A stretch of DNA of 63,918 nucleotides, counting the filler, from Atractiella rhizophila (lineage: Eukaryota), in NCBI GenBank assembly GCA_021432655.1. It is 8 parts of 7 records of this genome, joined end to end, with 100 filler letters (N's around TTAATTAATTAA, not from the genome) between each part and the next. Parts side by side here need not be neighbours in the genome. Positions count along the whole stretch, not along the records: positions 1 to 12,491 come from MU271500.1; 7 more parts are not named here. One strand, given 5' to 3'. How positions within the stretch are numbered: the first letter of the stretch is position 1; each line of letters opens with the position of its first letter. The position numbers and the translations under genes are program-made. Shown piece by piece: positions 1-11,502 of the stretch. The notes under the pieces are model-generated. The model was not told the DNA's origin, made no database searches, and saw only the letters and a program-made list of their open reading frames with translations.

Positions 1-3000
1 CAGTTCGGGGCCAGGTTCAGCCGCTGGCGGATTTGCACCTGCATTCCCTTCTGCCGGTGCTGGTACGGGATTCGCAGGACGCGGAGCCCTGCGAGGACGG
101 TTCCTGGCAGCTGCTCGATCCGCATCTGCATTCGGAAAGATAATTTGACGGGCTTGGTAGAGAAAGTACAGAAAAGCCAAGCCGAGAATGACAAATCGTT
201 TCGTAGGTCTGAATGTCAAAGTGAGCGAGGTCGTTAACAAAGTGGAGGTATACTCACGAGACATGCCGACCAAACAGAAGGAACAAGACCCCTAGTTTGG
301 CACATAGAAGGAACAACCGGTAAAGGATCTGAACAACGACAGTGAGGTTGATGATGATGGCAACCCCTCGTCTTCCGCCCGCTCCGGCGCCTCCCAAACC
401 TCCTGCTCGAACGTCGACGGCAGGGCCACCAAGTCCGATTCCGAGCCCATCCAGGATGTCTTGATGTCGTCCTAACGGACGCTGAAGGAGTCGAGTATTT
501 GCAAGTTGCATGAGGCGTGCCCTTTGTTGTGTGGTTTCGACATTGTGACTGATGGATACGATGGCTGAAATGTTGGTGAGGACGTGATAGACGGCTTCGG
601 CGCGGAAGACGCTATCTGGCGTCCGTGGGATGAGGCGTGGATGTGCATACTCGTTCACGAGGAGGTAGGGTAGATTGCTACTCTCCACCTCAGCCAGTTT
701 TCATGTGGGAGAACAAAACATACTCAACATAAACGACCTTCCAGGTCACTCGCCCGTTGTTGCTCATCGTCAAGGATGTATATTCGGCTTGTTTCAATTT
801 CAATACTTGTTTCTCAATCCATTCCCATACGTCTATATCTCGTAGTAGCTGCTCAACCTGAGCTTTTACGTCCTTAGGGATATCAAACTTTGCTCTTTCC
901 CCTGTCCCTCATTATAAGTCGCAAAATTTGGGAAGAAACCATCCTCGTACCAAAAGCCGTCGCCGACTCTGCACTGAAGGGGAACGAAGTCACATTAGCG
1001 ACAGTATCCCATGACGATTCCCAGCCATCTCTCCGGTTCCCGCCCTTCTCATTCTTCAGCCAACTCTTATAAACGCCACTTGCACGATTTAATTGCTGAA
1101 GAAGGGTGTACCGTTGCGCGTTCGACAGCTTCCTCATGAACTGCAAAAACTTTGTATAGTCGGGCAGATCTGGTTTTGGGCGAGATGGCGGTTGCACTGC
1201 TGTCGCAGCTGCTGAGGATGCCGTTGCTGTTAGGACGGGGTCGGAGGACGTTCGGTTCATACGGCCCATTGGCGGAGCAAGTGGTGTGAAGCGGTTTGGA
1301 GGAGAGGTGCTAGGAGTAAACACAGCAGTGGAACGCGCCGTTTCTGGAGGTTGAGAAGCGGATCGAAACGAAGACGGAGACCTCGAAAGAGGGACTGGAC
1401 GACTCAAAGGGAGGCGAAGGCGTTGTCGCAGCGAAGACGGTTCTCGAGGATCACTCGGAATGGTGCTCGTAGAACCGTTAGCAGTAGTGCCATTTGCCTC
1501 TGGTTTGACGTTATTCCTAACATCGGGATCCGAAATCTCTCGCATTGAAGGCTTGTTCGGATCAAAGTCCATCCAAGAGGAAAAGACGGGTAGAGATCCG
1601 TTGGTCGAAGCAGCACTGGTGGTCCCGTTGCTACTCGCCCGCTCTATTTTGTTCTTCAAAATATCATCACCCCCCGATTGGGTCGTATTAGAAGGCGAAA
1701 AGGCAGTCTTTTCCTGAGGAGGAAGAGCAGACAACGCAGGCTTAGGGTTCGGGGGAGGAACAAAGGCTGGAGCTGTGCGAGTCGCAGTGACATCCAGCAG
1801 AAGAGCCAGTTTTGCAGGCTCGACGGACTTCCAGGTCACCTTCGAATTAGACGGGTGAATTAAAATCGGCACTGGTCGCGACTGGCAGTAAAGAATCAGT
1901 ATCCCAATTCAAACGAGAGATATAAGCATGATATCGAGAAAATAAGACCGACAACGCGTCCAAATAGCTTCGGTCAGGGTAAAAAGGATCAAGGATAACG
2001 TCCATGTTTTACTCTTCCGTCGATGTATGACATACATAGAGAAGGTAGACAACTTCATATCAAAACTAGCCAAGAAGGCAATGAAAACAATGGTGGATTT
2101 ACTATCCCTTTTCAAAACGCACCCAGAAGACTGTTAAGAACGACTGAATGCTCCTTCCCTCAATGTTTCTCTGCATTCTCGTCTCTCGTCTCATCACAAA
2201 TTTTGACGTAGAGAACAGAATGCCGGCCTGCAATCACGCAACTAGTTCACCTCCCGACACAAGGCTATTCCTTACTGAGAAATTGCCAAGATCCCCTCTG
2301 AACTCAATCATCATACCAAATGACGGTGCTGTTATATTGCTACTGCTCCCCTTCTATTCTAAATGGAACGGCAATTTTCGATGATGCTCGTTGACAACGG
2401 TGTTATACACCAGCGAGACAAAGAGGTGGAGAGCTCGAATTGAGCTGTTTCCGCTCTCCTTTAGATTGAAGCACTGAAAGGAGCTCCACATCTCCGGGAA
2501 AAACATTTGGTCACCCCTTTACAATTATTGTCCACTCATCATGCATGAATACATCAACTCGCAGACACGACTCTCGGCCCATCCATCATACTTAGAACAC
2601 GTAAAGAGGATAAGTAGCAAGGGGGTGAAACGGTGCTCCACATCTTCTATCCTACCTCAGTCACTGCTCTTCTCAACGTTAGAAGAGCAACATTCCCTCC
2701 ATTTACACAGCACTGACAGCGAAAATAAACAAAAAGACTGAGACTCACCTCGCTTCCAGCCATCAACAACCCCAACAATTCATCATCAACAGGGACTCTG
2801 CCAGCCATAACAAAGTACACCTCCTGCTCATTCTCCAACCCTCCCACTTCCTCTTTAACCCACCTCTTCAGCTCTCCGACACACGCATCCTTCTCCACCT
2901 CCACCATTCTCTCCTTCCCATCCAAACACAACTTCACCGTCACTTTATCCGGTATTGTAGTGTCCATTCTCCTCGTCGCAAGAAAAGCCTCCTCCATCCC

Positions 3001-3318
3001 TTCGCCCGGATACCACACCTCCACTTCCCACGCCCCATCCCTCTCCCTCTCTCCCTCTCCCTCTCCCCCAAAAGTATTCCAAAACGCGTCCCTCTCCGGC
3101 CACCCCAGCAGCTCCCAAACGTCTCTCCTCTCCTCTTCCTCAGTAACACACCTTCCCGCGCGCAATGCGAAGGAAGCCTCGGGGGGTAGAGGGATGGATG
3201 TGCGCAGGGAGGAGAGGGAGGTGGTAGGTGGTAGGCGTGTGGTCGTCTTGGGTGAAGGGGGAGAGGGAGGGGGTGGGAAGTGGGTCAGGTGGAGGGTGAT
3301 GGGGATGGGGATGGACAT
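1..3318 (-). CDS. Ubiquitin-like-domain membrane protein, Usa1/HERP-like (ERAD scaffold); multi-exon, 3' end runs off the window
   Basis: ATG at 3318. UBL-like segment VTVKLCLDG..VGELKRWV..FVMAGRVPVDDELL splices in phase 0 (GT 2748, AG 1882) to SRPVPILIHP. A Pro/Ser-rich middle follows, then KFDIPK...WKVVYV|NLPYLL and hydrophobic TM segments (LFLLCAKLGVLFLLFGRHVS, KRFVILGLAFLYFLYQ). One apparent +1 frameshift at the C4 run 899-902. Confidence 0.6.
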
Positions 3319-4593
3319 GGTTGCACTCGAAGGGAGCGCTGAGTGGATAACCGAGAGTCGTTGTTTTACGTGGCCCTTGCTGACTGTAGTGTCATTGTCC
3401 TTAAGATTACGGTCAACTAACTTACTACGCGTTGTGGAACTAAATGCCAAAGTAGATCTAGGGTATATACATGGAAGAGAGGCTACTAGAAGGGAAGAGA
3501 AAAGGAACATGAACTGATAGAGTAATTGGTTGCTTGGTCGTGATAAAGATAAAGATGGAACGGTACGCTTCCTCCATGATCTCGGCGTTGGTATCTAGTA
3601 CAACTGCTGGAGGTCTCTCTGATTGAATCCTTCCCTAAAATGTGTCTACAAACAGTATGTTTGAATCATAAGGTGCAGATAGACCTTAGTAAGTGTACTT
3701 CATCAAAAAAAGAAAAAGCAAAAAGAATGAAATCCCGCGTTATAGAAGCCCTATTTTCACACCTTCTTTCTGCTCTAGAATATGTATCGATTGAATCATC
3801 TAGTCGCAGTTTGAAACTGAAACAGCATGCTCCTTTTGCAAATCGCACTTTGTTTGGCTTGCCATCCCATCGTAGAGGTGTCGAAAATTGGTTGGTGTGT
3901 CAACCTTTTTATGGCAAAGCAATAACCCAGTAACTCTTAATCTGACAAGAGATCACACTCCAATATTTTATCTCAGTTTTCCTACCCTGGTTTCTACTTT
4001 CGTGCCTTCGAGTAGGATCGATGTCTGTGAATCTTTCAGATAATAGAGACATTAGCCAACACGAAAGGTTAACTGGAAAACAAAGTTAGCAGAGTCTATT
4101 CAATTTGAATGCGAAGTCGTGCCAAAACACGTTGCACTTTTGTCGACCTTCGCGCTTTTCACCATCTGGCAGCCAGTAAATCATTCGGAAGATGAAAGTT
4201 GTCTTGAGCTGACTTTGGGATGACAAGAAATCAAACCAAACAGGGCATGTGCGTCGACCTGTGTTCTGGAAGGAAAAGAAAATGCCTCCCAGAACTTTGT
4301 GGACGAACCCACAGCTTGCTCAAGAAACTGTCAAAATCAATTGTTATCAATTTAGATATCGGTTCGTACGTAGTGTACAACTGCTCCACTTCCTGTCAAG
4401 TTCTCAATATCGCGATCCCTTCGTCCGTAATTTCTGCGAATCCGCGTCCTATGCTGGAAAACGTCCAGATGGACGAAGTATCATTCTACTGATGTTATAA
4501 AGGCTGTAACGGTCGAACATCCATCTTCAATCAACACTACCCCATACGAGAGCAACACAGATTAAACAGGATTCGAACCTGCGGATAACTACG

Positions 4594-7500
4594 ATGCCGC
4601 TTTCTGATCTGGAAATATACCAGAAGACGATGTACGACTCTCGTCATCATTTCCCCCTCTTTAATCCAACGTATCCGTTGGATCCGTTTGGCTCAATAAG
4701 AAGGATACAACCTTACGGAGAATGTGAGATTGGTGATTTCGGATACTGCCGAGATGGCCAATTCTGGGTGTCACGAAATGTTCGCGAATTGTTGGGTCCT
4801 GGTGCCCCAGAGCTTGGTCTGGTCGTTCTGGACACTGCCTGCTGCTGTCCAGGCTCCCCCATATATAAGGGTACAAAGTCATCTACGAATTTTACAGCAA
4901 ATGTCACTGCCCCCATGTACGTCCTTCTGCTCGATCATGAAGCATTTCAGGCTCAGTAGTAGCGTAGTGTTCCCGCCCCAACTTTCGCGGCTCAAATTGC
5001 AAGTCATTCTGTACATTCGGCTTTCCTCGTCACGAAAACAAGATGCCCCTCGTTTCCAAGTTGCAAAGGTGCCTCTAGCAGTGGCCTACTTCAAGCGATA
5101 TTACGAGCAAGTCCTAAGAGAAGATTTGGATAACGACTTCCGCTGTGCCAACGACAGAGATATCTGTATGGTAATCGGAGTTGTGAAGGCATATGACTGG
5201 CTTCACGCAACTTTTGCCGAGAGCGGTCAATCTTTTCATCTCACATTTGGATTACAACCTGTAGGGTTCGACATAGGACGTGATTGTGGAAACATTTCTG
5301 GTGCTCGTCTGCATCGTGGGTCCACGTCTCCATGAGCCCGCGTAAGCTGCCCGCCGTCATTTATGCTTTGTCCCATTTTTAAGCACCATTTTCAGGAGAT
5401 GGCATTTTGTCCACAGCTGCATATCGGGTCGGTGATCAAACATTGTTTGTCAGTCGAATCAAGCTTAGGTGGCACAAAGTTCTGCCTTTAAAGACTGAAG
5501 CTCGAGGCTCCAGGCCACCATCCCCCTCCCAACGTGAAGATGAATCTGTTGAGCCAATCTTCTGTGAGCTTACTGGACAGTGAAAAGGTTGGTAACTTTC
5601 TAACATGGTTCAACAGTGGTTGTGATTGAATTGGTGTTGTTTGGCAGAGTCCTGATCCCTTGGATATTCTTCTCGAAGCCATGTTGATGGTGATATCATC
5701 TTACATTCTGACGGGAACTTTGTCGCTCACGCCTGTGACAGTTACGGCCAAGCAACAAAGTCTCTATTTCTTCTGACATTCATCTCGGTCTCTTGTGTAA
5801 AGCGGTAGGTATCCTTATTCCTTTATTCCATCGCTGTCAGTATATACCAAATTGCTGAGAATCCGCATAGTCAGAATGGACCTTTGATCCCGATGCATGG
5901 ACTGTTCAGAAAGCGACCGACCTATTGGAGGCTCGCCTAAACTGCATTAAGGAAGACGAAGATGGTAATTGTCTGCTATTCGGCTGCTCAGTCCTGACAT
6001 CTAGTGCGTAGTGGTGACGTTGGACTTCCCTGACGATTGGTACCATCCCTCGTTTGGTGCAGCGCTCGTGCACAAAAATGAGGATGACTTATCAGCAAGC
6101 ATTATCATGTCTAGCTTTGCAAGTCTTGATATCTCTCAGCTGAAAACAACAAAAGGAAAAGGAGACAAAAACTCATCTTTAGAGAGTGATGTGCGATATG
6201 CAGCATGGAACAATTTTCTGGAGGCGACGTTCTTCCATGCTCAGATGAGAGATCCACAAGGCAAAGTGCACTACACTCACAACACCGAAAAAATCAGGCA
6301 GATGGAGAAAGCGTTGGCATGTTTCAAGAAGGCAAAGAAACGATTTCTGCGGGAGGGCCGGAGAAACTCCATTCGCAGCATAAGGACGGTCCTCCAACTT
6401 CCCAGTCCGATGGAGGAAGTGTTGAACTATTTTGAAGAGGGGAAAAAGCTCTATCTTACGGTGGAAGATTGGCAGGGGCAAGCCAACTTCATCCACAGCA
6501 TAGGGATGGTCCACCTTTATTGCGGTCAGATGGAGGAAGCGTTGAAATGTTTTGAAGAGGCGAAGGTGCTTTTTCAGATGGCGGACGATTGGCAGGGGGG
6601 AACCAACTGCCTCTACAGCATAGGGACGGTCCACCGACTTCGCGGTCAGATGGAGGTAGCGATGAAATTTTTTTGAAGAGGCGAAGGCGCTCTATCAGAG
6701 GGCGGGCGATTGGCAGGGGCAAGGCAACTGCATCCACAGCATAGGGATGGCCCACCGACTTCGCGGTCCGATGGAGGAAGCGTTGGAATGTTTTGAAGAG
6801 GCGAAGGAGCTCTATCTGAGGGTGGAAGATCGGCAGGAGCAAGCCAACTGCATCCACAGCATAGGGATGGTCCACCTTTTTTGCGGTCAGATGGAGGAAG
6901 CGTTGAAATGTTTTGAAGAGGCGAAGGTGCTCTATCGGAGGGCGAAAGATAGGCAGGGGCAAGCCAACTGCATCCACAGCATAGGGACGTTCCACCGACT
7001 TCGCGGTCAGATGGAGGTAGCGATGAAATTTTTTGAAGAGGCGAAGGCGCTCTATCAGATGGCGGACGATTGGCAGGGGCGAGCCAACTGCATGCACAGC
7101 TTAGGGACGGTCCACCAACTTCGCGGTCAGATGGAGGAAGCGTTGAAATGTTTTGAAGAGGCGAAGGGGCTCTATCGGAGGGCGAACGACCGGCAGGGGG
7201 AAGCCAACTGCAACCACAGCATAGGGACGGTCCACCAACTTCGCGGTCAGATGGAGGAAGCGTTGAAATGTTTTGAAGAGGCGAAGGGGCTCTATCGGAG
7301 GGCGAACGACCGGCAGGGGGAAGCCAACTGCAACCACAGCATAGGGACGGTCCCACCAACTTCGCGGTCAGATGGAGGAAGCGTTGAAATGTTTTGAAGA
7401 GGTGAAGGGGCTCTATCAGAGGGAGGGCGATTGGCAGAGGCGAGCCAACTGCATCCACAGCATAGGGACGGTCCACCAACTTCGCGGTCAGATGGAGGAA

Positions 7501-8100
7501 GCGTTGAAATGTTTTGAAGAGGTGAAGGGGCTCTATCAGAGGGAGGGCGATTGGCAGAGGCGAGCCAACTGCATCCACAGCATAGGGACGGTCCACCAAC
7601 TTCGCGGTCAGATGGAGGAAGCGTTGAAATGTTTTGAAGAGGCGAAGGGGCTCTATCAGATGGCGGATGATTGGCAGGGGCGAGCCCACTGCATCCACAG
7701 CATAGGGACGGTCCACCAACTTCGCGGTCAGATGGAGGAAGCGTTGAAATGTTTTGAAGAGGCAAAGGAGCTCTATCTGGCGTTGGGAAACCTTGAACTT
7801 AAAGGTCAACTCAATTGCCTCGCTGGCATAAGCTCAATTTACTCTCAAGACCCCGAGACCATGTCCAAGGCGATCCAGGTTTGTGAGGAAGCGGTCAATT
7901 TGAGTAAAGGAGCTGGGGACTACGACGAAGGTCGCAGCAGAAAGAACCTGGCTCAACTCCTCTTCCAATCTTCACAGTTCGCCCTCGCAAGGGAGGAACT
8001 TACGCGCGCCCGTCAGCTTTACGAAAATAGTTCTGCCACCGCCGATGTCAAGGACTGTGATGATCTACTACACAAAATTTCGAAGGCGGAATGCGAGTGA
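4594..8100 (+). CDS. Putative gasdermin-like N-terminal domain fused to a C-terminal TPR array (multi-exon, several frame breaks)
   Basis: Exon motifs in order: FPLFNP..CEIGDFGYCRDGQF; SAFLVTK; DICMVIGVVKAYDWLHATF; DQTLFVSRIKLR; DPLDILLEAML; KVSISSD; then about 12 x 40-aa TPR units and a capping helix ending at TGA 8100. Plausible GT-AG introns at about 4917-4967, 5342-5395, 5588-5647, 5690-5741, 5804-5870 and 5965-6011. The TPR part is clear; the gasdermin assignment is motif-based inference. Confidence 0.65.
6409..7770 (+). repeat. Coding tandem array of 120-bp (40-aa) TPR repeats: 11 full units plus a 12th partial unit, with a degenerate 108-bp unit upstream from about 6301
   Basis: GATGGAGG(A/T)AG recurs at about 6409, 6529, 6649, 6770, 6890, 7010, 7130, 7250, 7371, 7491, 7611 and 7731. 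Consensus MEEALKCFEEAKxLYxxxxDxQGxANCIHSIGTVHxLRGQ. Confidence 0.97.
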
Positions 8101-8673
8101 TGAACGAAGTCGAAATGGTTTCAGCACATTTCTCTCTCTCACTTCTAAGCTGACCTCCTGTTGCAGGTGTGGCATTTTGCCTGAGCAATTCTTTCAATAT
8201 CTTAAAGTTATGAAAGGTTACAGCTAGAGATATTAGCACTATCCTCTTGAAATATACTGCGCCACCCCTGTCGATCCAATATTGACAATCTTCTTGGAAA
8301 CTCTTCCTCGTTTTCCACCGTACTTCTCTCACGACTGAAGACCCTCCGTCCCTTCGTCCTCTGTCAGTTTTCGACCTGAACCTGAGCTGTAACCCATGTC
8401 ATGTCTGTCTCCTAATTGTGCCAAGTCGGATTACTTGAACTTCCAGCGATTGCTTTATGCTTCCAAGCTTCCACCTCACTGGAGAGATGTTGGAGCGACT
8501 GTGAAACACATACGAAGTTAAAATGCATGTGACTTCCATTTACAATGAGCAATAAGTGGATATGAACAGGGTAGGGAAATCTAATGCCCTTGCAGATTGA
8601 AACCAGAAACCAGATCCTAATTGAGTCAATAAACCTATTGTCGCCGTCATCGTCTGGAAGAGCACCTAACCAA

Positions 8674-10111
8674 TCAAAAGTCTTCTACTGATATCTTTTC
8701 CTTCTCGGTATCATAACCCCATCCTTGGACGTCCCAATAACCCATAGAATTGACGAGCGAGATGAGAGGAAAGGCGAGCCAGAGGCTCCATTCCCTGTTC
8801 CCAGTATCAACAGTGTGTCGCAAAATAGCTTTTAGAATGAAACAGATAAAGGGGTTGGGAAAAAGAACGATAGATGAACGAACGACAGACCTGAACTTTC
8901 CAATCCACCATCCATCGTCTTTCCTCCCTCGTCCTTGACTCTCAGCATGCTTGATAAACCCATCTACTCGAGGAACGCGCCGAGCTACGTATTCACGTTC
9001 CCAGATTTTAGGGATGGAGGAGGGAGAGATGGGTTTATGGGAGGTGGTGATAGCGTGAAGGATGGAAGAGACGAGGGAAGCATCTTCCGCTCCCATGCCT
9101 ACGCCTTGAGCTGCGAACGGTGGGAGGGCGTGAGCAGCATCCTTCCTCCACGTCAGCAATGTTAGGACGAAAAGGAAGGGAAGATGAGACGTACGCCTAC
9201 TAGCACTATTCGTCCGTTAGGAGAGTACCACTGGCCTTTATGTTCCTTATCGGAGAGACGAAAGACAGGCCAGTAATAAATCTTCTCCGTTTTCCGTATC
9301 ACCTCCTCTATCGGCGCCGGGAAGTCCTTGTATGCCTCCAACAGTTCCTTCCTCACCTCTTCGCCGTCTGGTGCGGCTTCGTCAGGAGAAGGAGGTGTGG
9401 GTGGCGCGCGAGAGGAGAACCAGTGAACCTGAGAGTCGTCAGCACGCGAATAGGATACAGAGAAGAGTCCNNNNNNNNNNNNNNNNNNNNNNNNNNNNNN
9501 NNNNNNNNNNNNNNNNNNNNNNNNNNNNNNNNNNNNNNNNNNNNNNNNNNNNNNNNNNNNNNNNNNNNNNNNNNNNNNNNNNNNNNNNNNNNNNNNNNNN
9601 NNNNNNNNNNNNNNNNNNNNNNNNNNNNNNNNNNNNNNNNNNNNNNNNNNNNNNNNNNNNNNNNNNNNNNNNNNNNNNNNNNNNNNNNNNNNNNNNNNNN
9701 NNNNNNNNNNNNNNNNNNNNNNNNNNNNNNNNNNNNNNNNNNNNNNNNNNNNNNNNNNNNNNNNNNNNNNNNNNNNNNGTCCTCCATCAAATCTCTTCTC
9801 CCTACACGCATTCCGACGCAGCCGTCAGCTGGCCACGAGTAGAAAAATTCTCCCACCCTCTCTCCGCGTTCGTTTTGGAAGAGAACCATTGGAGTTTTCC
9901 CTCCATATCGTCTCGGGTCGCAACCGACATGAGAGAGCAGTCGAACAGCGTTAGGGGAGAGGTTCACGGCTCCTCCGATGGTGCGAAGGGACGCGTAGAC
10001 CTCGTAGATGGTGATGTGTATTTGTTCTGGAGAAGAAGAGAACTTGGAAAGGAGGAAGTGAGCGGTGAGTGGACCAATGATCCCGCAACCGAAGATGGCA
10101 ATTTCCGTCAT
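8674..10111 (-). CDS. FAD-dependent monooxygenase (salicylate hydroxylase/UbiH-like), interrupted by assembly gap 9471-9778
   Basis: N-terminal IAIFGCGIIG Rossmann motif, GGAVNLSPNA, and GRIVLVG|DAAHALPPFAAQGVGMGAEDA (GD motif). Confidence 0.9.
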
Positions 10112-10452
10112 AGTTACGCGTAACTGGAGCAAACGGACGCTGCTTAGGACCTGCAGGAGTCGGAAAGAAGGGATATAAGAGTTCGCAAACTGGAAGAGGA
10201 AGGGAGAAGGAGGCGGGTCGTTCCTTCGCTGGAATCTGACAGGAAGGTGATCTCGGACGGAGTGCAAGCCGTCTCTTCGATCGAGGCCCGTCTAGGCCCA
10301 TCAGTCCATGCTTCGATTGAGAAGAAAGAGGAGCAAGGGCCGATGCAACCGGCAAGATGGTGATTGCCTGTGGGGAGGAGACTCCCTTCTTCGGGGGCGG
10401 TTGGCCAGATTTGGACGTGCCGATCTGTCGATCGGTTTTGTTAATCATTCCG

Positions 10453-10477
10453 AAAGCTTATCTCAGAGATAAGCTTT
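10453..10477. promoter_or_regulatory. Perfect 12-bp inverted repeat containing two inverted GATAAG (GATA-factor) motifs
   Basis: AAAGCTTATCTC-A-GAGATAAGCTTT, about 340 bp upstream of the monooxygenase ATG. The palindrome is directly visible; the regulatory role is inferred. Confidence 0.4.
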
Positions 10478-11502
10478 GGGCTAAACCTACTTCTGTTCCA
10501 ATCGTTTGGTAGCCGCTTGACATTCATTATCATCTTTTGACAGGCACGCGTCTGCAGGGTTGGTGCAACTTGACACTCAACTTTTCCATCAGGCACACGC
10601 TTTGACGTGTTTGACGCTCTGAGAAAGTGACAACCTTTCCCAGTCTTCCCCTCGGAAAACCAAGGAGGCCGCGAATGTCAAGCGGGCAGCTCCATGAGGA
10701 TAGCAACCAATGCCCATGGCTTTTGTTCCGATGCATCAGATGTAGGAGTGAGATGGATGGATGCCGGAAGTTTGCGCTCCAAGGAAGCTTCGACGTTACA
10801 AATGAAACTATCTGTCATCCCGTTTGTCAGAGGTCTGGGACGTCTGTCTGGTGGAGCATCGATGAATGTATGTAGCTGCGGCAGCTTCTCAAACTTCCAT
10901 CGATGTTCCATCACCTCTCTTACAGCGCAGCAGAAGTGCAGAATTGGTGACCCGAGGGTCTTGGCGGGGAGGAATGAATCGAAGTACCCGTTCTGCCTCA
11001 TCGCTTGGAGTCCTGCTCTCGAAATTCGGGAACAAGACGGGGAGAAATTACGCGCACAATGGAAACAATGGAAAGCGGAAGGATGCAAATGAAATGGAGA
11101 GATTGCAATCAGCCGGAACTCAGTGGAGCGTCGCACCAGAGGCGCTGCTGTCAGGAAGGAATCGAAGGAGTGCTTTCCGCTTTCCGACGTTTTTGTTTCG
11201 CTTCCAGCCTTTCTCATGATTGCAAATAACGGAAGTTCGCTACGAGGGTGGGTTAGAATGGCACGGGAGTGGGCTGGCCAATCTTGGACGGCGAAAATGC
11301 AATATTTTGAGAAATTCCAAAGGAATCCATTGCAATGAGAGGCGACAACATCAGATGAGCAACACGAAAGGTACATTCCTCCAAACCTCGATGTAAGACC
11401 CAAAATTCACTCCTCAATAAGTCTAAGTACTCAAAAAGACGAGAATAATAAGACACTCAACACTGTTGAATTTTCAGACTCCCATGAGACCAGCATGAAC
11501 TT

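Noticed and set aside
4225..4242. 18-mer AAGAAATCAAACCAAACA shared with 22584-22601
   Set aside because: A-rich low complexity on different contigs, with no extension of similarity.
6409..7770. Regularly spaced repeats as a CRISPR-like array
   Set aside because: Units are contiguous 120-bp coding repeats without unique spacers, in a eukaryotic gene.
6179..7809. Long repetitive minus-strand ORFs over the TPR array
   Set aside because: Antisense shadows of the 120-bp coding repeat; no independent motif.
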